Shown: piece by piece, positions 1 to 6,055 of the stretch | Numbering within the stretch: the stretch's first letter is position 1 | How the letters are laid out: the number at the start of each line of letters is the position of its first letter | DNA from: a virus | Taxonomy: Duplodnaviria > Heunggongvirae > Uroviricota > Caudoviricetes | DNA: 16,392 bases | Reading direction: 5' to 3' (one strand) | IMG/VR virus record: IMGVR_UViG_2541047751_000017 | The notes under the pieces: model-generated | Database searches by the model: none | What the model saw: only the letters and a program-made list of their open reading frames with translations | Told to the model about the DNA's origin: nothing | Program-made: the position numbers and the translations under genes

Positions 1-615
1 GTGAGCAGAAAAGATACTAAAGAATTGCTAACTATCTGCATGGTGTACTTTTCAATTTATTTTTGTGCATACATGATAGTCCCAGATGAGTTTGAACATG
101 GCAGTATTATTTATTCCATAACATTCTATTTTTTAGAGCTAACACCAATTTTGGCTATCCTTTTGGCAATACATATTTATTTTTCCTTAAAAAAAGAATC
201 GACTAATTGGGAGAAGGTATGGAGAGACAGAGGATTTCTAACATCACCTAAAGATGATGCATATGAGAGTGATTTTTCTGACTTTATAACAAACTACTAC
301 TCCAGCGAACAATTCAAAAATAGACTGTCTGATGTTTGGGAAACAGCAATGTATTCCATAGGGATTATATTATTGATACTTACTGGTATTGCTCAATATG
401 TTTTTAACATTGACTTATCATTAAATCCTGAAAATTTAATATCGCCATTGATTTTTGGTGAGATATTGATCTTCTCATTCGGAATTTTCTTGAGTGTTGT
501 TCTCTGCTCATTATGCAAGCTACTGACTAACAGGTATCCAGGTGAAGCAAGGAGAGCAAGAAAGGCAAATCCATATTATCTTTTATTTCCTAATGGAGAC
601 AGCAGAGATATCTAA
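1..615 (+). CDS. Hypothetical inner-membrane protein, 4 predicted TM helices; AT-rich cargo gene, possible superinfection-exclusion or abortive-infection factor
   Basis: 204-codon ORF in visibly AT-rich DNA where stops are frequent. Four hydrophobic segments at roughly residues 9-27, 40-63, 116-135 and 146-175. Track start is GTG at 1; an in-frame ATG at 40 is an alternative. Convergent with the 701-aa gene, 19 bp apart. Confidence 0.6.
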   Translation: MSRKDTKELLTICMVYFSIYFCAYMIVPDEFEHGSIIYSITFYFLELTPILAILLAIHIYFSLKKESTNWEKVWRDRGFLTSPKDDAYESDFSDFITNYYSSEQFKNRLSDVWETAMYSIGIILLILTGIAQYVFNIDLSLNPENLISPLIFGEILIFSFGIFLSVVLCSLCKLLTNRYPGEARRARKANPYYLLFPNGDSRDI

Positions 616-634
616 GCCATCCATGGCTAACCAG

Positions 635-2740
635 TTATTGAGCTTCTTTTTGTGATGCCTGTGCGACTCTGGTGAGCGATTGTGTGACCGTACTGATCGC
701 TCTGTCATATGCTGTGCTACCTTTTGGCGTATTTGCCAGACGTAACAAGGCATTTCGTATAACAGGGCTTTCGTATGCCTTCGCTGCTCCGCCTACGGCA
801 CCAGCAGCAGGAACAACAAACGCAGCCGTTTTTAGCATCCCCGCTAATACTGCTGCGTTTATGATGCCACCACCAACTAACAAACCATAAAGCTGCTGAC
901 CATTTAAGTTTTGAACGTTCGCTTTTGCCGCGTGTCTTGTATCGTTGAGGTATTTAATAACGCCGTCCAGTTCCTTTCCATGTACGCCTTTAAAGAAAGT
1001 TGCTGATTGCTTCCTGTTCCGGTGTAACGCATTAATAAACTTCTCAACACTGATATTTCCAGACGGATCAGTCGCCTTATCTACAGCATTCTGAACTATG
1101 GCTGCTCGTGCGTTTTGCCTACCATTGTCATCCAGAAGCCTGTAAAGCTGAGAACGTTCTGATGGGTTTTGGCTAAAAACGAGTTTTGTTACATCCTCAG
1201 GCGTGGCCTTGCCGCTGGCTATTGCCTTTTGAACGCGCGTTCTTCCCATCATGTCATTAAATTTAGACCATGAGCGATCAACCCTTGCCATATTAATGGC
1301 TTCGTCTGCTCCAAGATTTTTGGCTACGGCTTTTTTCATATCCGCCGTATATGCCTTGTAGATAATATCGCTGGCTTTCTGGAGCGTATCTTTATCAACA
1401 GTGTCAGATGACGCCATAAATCGCTTTCGAAGATCGGTTCTGTTTTCCCTCGCCAGACGCAGGTCATTTGGTCCGCTGGTGATATCGTCTTTAAATTGCT
1501 GCAAGACTTTTACCGCGGCTCTATCCTGAGATTTGCCCGGGCGGCTTAACACGGCAATCTGATTGTCGATAGCTTTTACCGTGTTTGAGAGATCGACAGG
1601 GGTATCCCCCATAGCGTCAATTATGCGGTTATATCGCTTTCCTGCTGCCTCAATGAATTTTTGTTGCCCTTTAGTCGCAGATTCATAAAGCTGTTTATCA
1701 GAAATGCCACCCAGACCATCGCTAAATGTTCTGACTAAATTTTCTCGTGCTTGTTGTTGATTCAGCCGATTCTTACCGGTTCCAAAAAAAGGAACTCTTT
1801 CGCCTAATGTCTGAGCCTGACTCTGCATAAAGGTTTTATCTTTTAGCATGTCACTGGTCATTAACGGCAGATTTCTTTCCGATGCAAAGTCGACAGCAGC
1901 CTTTGCTTCAGGCGACATATCACCACGAACAGCCCTCGAAACCGCACTCGCTGTATTTTCCAGCCCCTTACCAATACCACCAATGCCAGCAGAAATTACC
2001 GTTTGTAACGGATCAATATCTTCTCCACCAGCAAGGCTAGTGGCTCCCTGTAGTGCTAAATCTGTAGCTGCTGATTTTCCTATGGCACCAAGCACCGTTC
2101 CAGCCCTGCCCGCTGGTGTAAACGCCAGCGCATTAGCCAGAAACGATGCCACGTCTTGCGGCGATAAACCCGGCTTGTTCAGAGCATAATCACCGGATGG
2201 CAGGGAAACGATAGTGTTACCCTTCTCATCCTGCCTTAATTTCGCTCCCATGCTCTGAAGAATCTTTTCCTGAGATGCGTCAGAGCCGAAAAGTTGAGAC
2301 CATCGAGCTTTTAGAGCATCCATGCTGAGTGAGGTTAACTCTGGGGCAAGGTCGACATTTTGCAGTCTCTCCATCTCTGGAGTCATTCGGCTTTCGCCTG
2401 TTATAGCATCGCGCATCGCAGCCCCAAGACTGGCTCCCTGTTCTGCTGAACGCTCAAGCCCCTCTCTTTGCTGAGTAGCTAACTTTGCATACCCTGACGC
2501 AAGAGAATTATCAGATGATGTATGTTGAATATTTTGAGTTGCTGATTGGGATCGGTCTATTTCATTCGTTGATGGTAGTGGATAGGCAGCATAAAAAGCC
2601 TGCTTAGCCTGCTCTACACTTTCTCCGGCTTGCGAGGCCACGACTTCATTGAAGTATTGCTCCTGAGCCTGCGCTTTTTGTTCTGGTGCTAACGCCTGAT
2701 ACTGTGGAGAGGCGATAACATCTTTCCATGCTTTAGCCAT
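635..2740 (-). CDS. Putative phage ejection/DNA-transfer protein, P22 gp16-like by position and size
   Basis: 701-aa ORF, last gene of a coupled operon; start overlaps the stop of the 473-aa gene by 1 nt (TAATG). Ala/Gln-rich with a Gly/Ala-rich hydrophobic C-terminal segment (LVGGGIINAAVLAGMLKTAAFVVPAAGAVGGAA). Family assignment is from size, order and composition only. Confidence 0.5.
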   Translation of the reverse strand: MAKAWKDVIASPQYQALAPEQKAQAQEQYFNEVVASQAGESVEQAKQAFYAAYPLPSTNEIDRSQSATQNIQHTSSDNSLASGYAKLATQQREGLERSAEQGASLGAAMRDAITGESRMTPEMERLQNVDLAPELTSLSMDALKARWSQLFGSDASQEKILQSMGAKLRQDEKGNTIVSLPSGDYALNKPGLSPQDVASFLANALAFTPAGRAGTVLGAIGKSAATDLALQGATSLAGGEDIDPLQTVISAGIGGIGKGLENTASAVSRAVRGDMSPEAKAAVDFASERNLPLMTSDMLKDKTFMQSQAQTLGERVPFFGTGKNRLNQQQARENLVRTFSDGLGGISDKQLYESATKGQQKFIEAAGKRYNRIIDAMGDTPVDLSNTVKAIDNQIAVLSRPGKSQDRAAVKVLQQFKDDITSGPNDLRLARENRTDLRKRFMASSDTVDKDTLQKASDIIYKAYTADMKKAVAKNLGADEAINMARVDRSWSKFNDMMGRTRVQKAIASGKATPEDVTKLVFSQNPSERSQLYRLLDDNGRQNARAAIVQNAVDKATDPSGNISVEKFINALHRNRKQSATFFKGVHGKELDGVIKYLNDTRHAAKANVQNLNGQQLYGLLVGGGIINAAVLAGMLKTAAFVVPAAGAVGGAAKAYESPVIRNALLRLANTPKGSTAYDRAISTVTQSLTRVAQASQKEAQ

Positions 2741-4161
2741 TAATCACCCCATAGTGAAGAAAAGTTACTGCTGGCTGCTGGCTGTGATACCTGCTCAGAT
2801 TGCGGCAATGTCTGCGACGAAGAAGAAGTTCCTCTGTCAACTGCTGAAATAACCCGCAAAGCATCATAAGCTCGACCAGAAGCAGCTTTCAGCGAATTGA
2901 ACTGGTTTTCCATCTTCCGGCGCTTGGTATCAATGGTTTTTGTGGAGTCGCCAGGCTGAGGGAAATACATTTGATAATATTTTGACATTTCAGCAGGTAC
3001 GATGGCTGCCCCTGTTTCCTGACGGAGTATTGCCATTATTGCGTCATTAGCATTAACAACGTATTGCTGTTCTGTTGGGCTGAGCGTTAAGTTAGCCAGC
3101 GTCCCATTACCCAAAGCATTATTAATGATCGCCACTCGCTGTGGGCTAAGCTGGTCTTTCAGTGTATCTATTGAATCAAGAGCATCCCTAACCCTGTATG
3201 CAAATCCAGCAGCTTTTTTAGCCCCTTCTGGCGACTTTTCCATGATCTTTTGGGCTGTTGGCAAAGCTATTGGACGAAACCCATCTCCAGATATTGGCTG
3301 GTTTAGTTTTCCCTGCTCTTCACTTCCGTCTGTGTAGTATTTTGTGACAGTGCCATCATCGTTTTCTCTAACACTCATTAATTTTTTGGCGTTTGTATTA
3401 ATTCCAGCCGCTGCCGCAAATGCCGCCGCCCCCTCTGGATCCGCCTTTAACATTTGAGCGTACTGATTGTAATTCTGCATTGCTGCTGTTGGTGCATATG
3501 CTGACGTTAACGCATTTGCTCGGCTAATATCCTGCCCTCTCGCCTGAAGTGCTTCGCCAGCCTGATTGCTGCGGATTGTTTCTGCCAACTTGCCACGCTC
3601 AATATCCCGACCTTCCATTTGATCTTTGATATCGAAATACTTCTCATGACCGAGAGAAAACAGTGCCATACTACCAGCAAGCCGCTGGAACCCCTGTGGA
3701 TCATTAACATGCATTTCGGCAACAGACTCAGGAGAAATTCCCAAGCGACGCATTTCATCTTCGTTATCTGCTATGAATTTTCCAAATGCCCCAGTTCCGA
3801 GCGAAGATGCGATTTGAGCACTAGTCGCAAGATGACCAATAGAATTTCTCTGGTCGTCATCAATAAAGCCCATCCCTTTCTGAACGCTTTCAAATTCTTC
3901 TGGATACTCAGAAATAAGACTGCGCATTTTGTTTCTGTCTCCAGACTCAAAAGCCCCGGCATATGCTTTCTGAAACTCTGCTTTACGCTGTTGTTGACGT
4001 GCCTGCTGATTAATCTCAGCAACGCCTCTTAGCCCCTGTAGCGCCATTAAACCTACGTTTGGCTGCTGCTGATACTGCACAGGCTGAGGAACGGAAGAAC
4101 GAGGAGCATTATCATTTTGCGGTGCCATGCTAGGCAGCCCGCCAAGTTGCCATGTCGCCAT
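2740..4161 (-). CDS. Putative phage ejection/DNA-transfer protein, P22 gp20-like by position and size
   Basis: 473-aa ORF (P22 gp20 is about 471 aa, recalled from memory). 1-nt start/stop overlaps with both neighbours. Gln/Ala-rich, no recognisable catalytic motif. Confidence 0.5.
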   Translation of the reverse strand: MATWQLGGLPSMAPQNDNAPRSSVPQPVQYQQQPNVGLMALQGLRGVAEINQQARQQQRKAEFQKAYAGAFESGDRNKMRSLISEYPEEFESVQKGMGFIDDDQRNSIGHLATSAQIASSLGTGAFGKFIADNEDEMRRLGISPESVAEMHVNDPQGFQRLAGSMALFSLGHEKYFDIKDQMEGRDIERGKLAETIRSNQAGEALQARGQDISRANALTSAYAPTAAMQNYNQYAQMLKADPEGAAAFAAAAGINTNAKKLMSVRENDDGTVTKYYTDGSEEQGKLNQPISGDGFRPIALPTAQKIMEKSPEGAKKAAGFAYRVRDALDSIDTLKDQLSPQRVAIINNALGNGTLANLTLSPTEQQYVVNANDAIMAILRQETGAAIVPAEMSKYYQMYFPQPGDSTKTIDTKRRKMENQFNSLKAASGRAYDALRVISAVDRGTSSSSQTLPQSEQVSQPAASSNFSSLWGD

Positions 4162-4838
4162 TAGAATCCAAGCCCCCCAACAAGACCAATAAGCCCACCA
4201 CCAATAGCGCCGGCCGCAGTTCCTATTCCAGGAACAACGGAACCAAGTTGCGCACCCGCTAAAGCGCCTGATGCTGCCCCACCAATACCACGCGCAAGAC
4301 TGGATGGCTGCTGCGCCTGACCTGCACGAATAGCGCCAAGCCCCTGCAAGAGTTGTCCGGTATTATTGGCGTAGTTTTGCCCTGCCGTTGCCTGCCCTGA
4401 TGCCGCATTCATCCCGACATTTAGCAGGTTTCCATAATTTTGCATTTGCCCACTGAGCCAATTGTTATAAAGCATGGGCGCAATGGAAGATAACTGGTTA
4501 CTGGTAGCTGTTGAGCCAAGCCCCCCGGTAGCTTCTGCTGAGACAAGGTTCTGATAACGGGCCTGATCTGCCTGTGTTTTATATAAACCAGAACCAAAGA
4601 AATCATTCGCGGCTTTATTCTGCCCTTCCAGAGTCATCAGTCCTTGTAGTTGTTGTAAAGCAGGCAATCCGACTTCTGCATACGGCTTGAGATTATTCAT
4701 CACCGTATTCCACTGCTCGCGCTGCAAATCAATTGCCTGCTGCTGGGCCTTCGCCTGAGCTTTAGAGGCACCACCATCACCGCCTTTTTCGTATACGGCA
4801 CGATTGAGATGTTTATGAGCTATGTGGGTAATTAACAT
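4161..4838 (-). CDS. Putative phage ejection/DNA-transfer protein, P22 gp7-like by position and size
   Basis: 225-aa ORF (P22 gp7 is about 229 aa, recalled). N-terminal YEKGGDGGAS motif, Gln/Ala-rich centre, Gly-rich hydrophobic C-terminus (GIGTAAGAIGGGLIGLVGGLGF). Overlaps the upstream 153-aa gene by 7 nt. Confidence 0.5.
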   Translation of the reverse strand: MLITHIAHKHLNRAVYEKGGDGGASKAQAKAQQQAIDLQREQWNTVMNNLKPYAEVGLPALQQLQGLMTLEGQNKAANDFFGSGLYKTQADQARYQNLVSAEATGGLGSTATSNQLSSIAPMLYNNWLSGQMQNYGNLLNVGMNAASGQATAGQNYANNTGQLLQGLGAIRAGQAQQPSSLARGIGGAASGALAGAQLGSVVPGIGTAAGAIGGGLIGLVGGLGF

Positions 4839-5293
4839 TCGCTGAATTCCTTATATTGTTGCCGAGTTAACTGATAAAGCGTTACGCCGACGGGTTTACC
4901 ACATCTGATATAAGCATCATCAAGGTGACCAACACGGGTAGCGCCAAGCAAACGGATAATTGCCCGTCCGTATTTCGTGGTGTCAGGAACCATAGTAATG
5001 CTGTTAAGGAATGGTGAGTTTTCGAGAAGCCATTTGCAGAATAATCGATGCCCTTGCAGTGCATATTCACCACGGAATCCGGGGTCGTACACCGCATGGC
5101 ATTCAACAACGCTATGCCAGAAGTTACGCACTTCATGAACGCCAGCCAGCACTAATCCTTCGTAGATGCCGAGATATACCGCATCAGGCTTGATGTAGTA
5201 CGTGTGCCCCGGCTCAACAATATTTTCGGTATTGCCTGGCTCGTTAAGAAAGGCCTGTAATCGCACAGGGTTATCAATAAATTTTAGTTCCAT
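4832..5293 (-). CDS. Hypothetical protein, first large gene of the ejection-protein-like operon (P22 gene-14 position)
   Basis: 153-aa ORF with ATG start at 5293, protein-like composition, co-oriented and overlapping the next gene. Confidence 0.55.
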   Translation of the reverse strand: MELKFIDNPVRLQAFLNEPGNTENIVEPGHTYYIKPDAVYLGIYEGLVLAGVHEVRNFWHSVVECHAVYDPGFRGEYALQGHRLFCKWLLENSPFLNSITMVPDTTKYGRAIIRLLGATRVGHLDDAYIRCGKPVGVTLYQLTRQQYKEFSEC

Positions 5294-5309
5294 GCGATGC
5301 CATCCATTT

Positions 5310-5471
5310 TCACATACAGCCTGCCAGCGCCTTATCTATTAACCCTCGTGCAATTTCATGCAGAGTTGGCGCTACTCCAATTCCTGATTTTTTACGCTGC
5401 TCTTCCTGAATTTTCTTTATCGCTTCCATTTGCTTCTCACTTATCAATACCGGCTTTACTGAAATAGCCAT
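5310..5471 (-). CDS. Possible small ribbon-helix-helix-like DNA-binding protein (53 aa); not in the ORF track
   Basis: Own translation of the minus strand: MAISVKPVLISEKQMEAIKKIQEEQRKKSGIGVAPTLHEIARGLIDKALAGCM. ATG at 5471 is preceded by AAGGGGG 4 nt upstream. Pattern is short strand, helix, G-rich turn, helix, as in Arc/CopG/ParD-type proteins. Stop lies 16 bp from the 153-aa start. Confidence 0.3.
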   Translation of the reverse strand: MAISVKPVLISEKQMEAIKKIQEEQRKKSGIGVAPTLHEIARGLIDKALAGCM

Positions 5472-5504
5472 AACGCCCCCTTAGAACTGTATAAAACAAC
5501 AGTT

Positions 5505-5510
5505 ATTATA
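5505..5510 (-). promoter_or_regulatory. Candidate -10 hexamer (TATAAT on minus strand) for the downstream operon
   Basis: Perfect TATAAT on the minus strand in the AT-rich gap between the terminator and the small ORF RBS; no convincing -35 at 17 bp. Confidence 0.25.
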
Positions 5511-5566
5511 GTTTCACAAATCGCAATATTCATCATCGTAATTGCAAAATATGAAACAAATAGCAC

Positions 5567-5598
5567 AAAAAAATGCCACCGCTCAGTAGCTGGTGGCA
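5567..5598 (-). terminator. Rho-independent terminator ending the primase operon
   Basis: Inverted repeat TGCCACC (5574-5580) / GGTGGCA (5592-5598) with an 11-nt loop; on the minus strand the stem is followed by a 7-U run (plus-strand A run 5567-5573). Confidence 0.55.
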
Positions 5599-5792
5599 TC
5601 GTTCTGTGTGTCAGGTTTTGACAGGTTTTTTATGGACTCTAAAAACTATATTTATGGTGTCGCATTACTCTTCACGGCAGGCGCTTTTCAGTTCTGCCCT
5701 TGCTTCTGGCTCCATTGGTAATTTGATTCGCGATCAGCTATGCGGATGGTTTGCTGAACAGGCATAACAACTTCTCAGAGGCTGTTTTTTGA

Positions 5793-5811
5793 ACTACGAA
5801 AATTTCGTAGT
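5793..5811. promoter_or_regulatory. Perfect palindrome ACTACGAAA-a-TTTCGTAGT, putative protein-binding site in the origin region
   Basis: 9-bp arms with a 1-bp centre; no adjacent U-run in the correct position on either strand, so not a terminator. Confidence 0.3.
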
Positions 5812-5848
5812 GCTCACTTTCAAAAACGTCACGCCCTTGTACACAGGA

Positions 5849-5869
5849 TTTTACGAAAGTCTCGTAAAA
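5849..5869. promoter_or_regulatory. Palindrome TTTTACGA-aagtc-TCGTAAAA, putative protein-binding site
   Basis: 8-bp perfect inverted repeat with 5-bp spacer, between the first palindrome and the iterons. Confidence 0.3.
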
Positions 5870-5919
5870 CACTCTCTGATGCCAGCCAGGTGTTGTGCGC
5901 ATCAATTCAGTCACATTGT

Positions 5920-6030
5920 GTTGGTTCAAAATACCGTGTTGTTGGTTCAGTGTTGGTTCAATAAAAAGAATAAAATCCTTATAAAACAATACTCTTTACA
6001 AATTGAACCAACTGAACCAACTGAACCAAC
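5920..6030. repeat. Iteron array, putative replication origin: six copies of GTTGGTTCA, three direct and three inverted, around a 43-bp AT-rich spacer
   Basis: GTTGGTTCA at 5920-5928, 5941-5949, 5952-5960; reverse complement TGAACCAAC at 6004-6012, 6013-6021, 6022-6030 (tandem 9-bp period); AT-rich spacer 5961-6003. Lies just 3' of the primase-helicase gene. Confidence 0.6.
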
Positions 6031-6055
6031 ACCTTTTCTACGCACATGAAGAAGC

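Noticed and set aside
672-5193. Plus- and minus-strand ORFs of 60-137 aa inside the 701, 473, 225 and 153-aa genes (672-890, 1848-2189, 3125-3337, 3507-3758, 3619-4032, 3771-4022, 4421-4606, 4882-5136, 5011-5193)
   Set aside because: Antisense or out-of-frame ORFs nested in long, tightly coupled genes; odd composition and no independent start signals.
4832-5471. Reading the 53-aa ORF plus 153-aa gene as a stand-alone toxin-antitoxin pair
   Set aside because: The 153-aa gene is coupled by a 7-nt overlap to the three large downstream genes, so it more likely belongs to that operon; the idea is retained only as an alternative.
5573-5767. Plus-strand 64-aa ORF, and a 29-aa hydrophobic ORF at 5632-5721
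   Set aside because: The 64-aa ORF starts inside the terminator hairpin and has no RBS. The 29-aa ORF has only a weak AGG upstream. Both lie in the non-coding origin-proximal region.
5789-6049. Plus-strand 86-aa ORF ending in EPTEPTEPT
   Set aside because: It is the translation of the tandem TGAACCAAC iterons and AT-rich spacer; no RBS and the repeat explains it.
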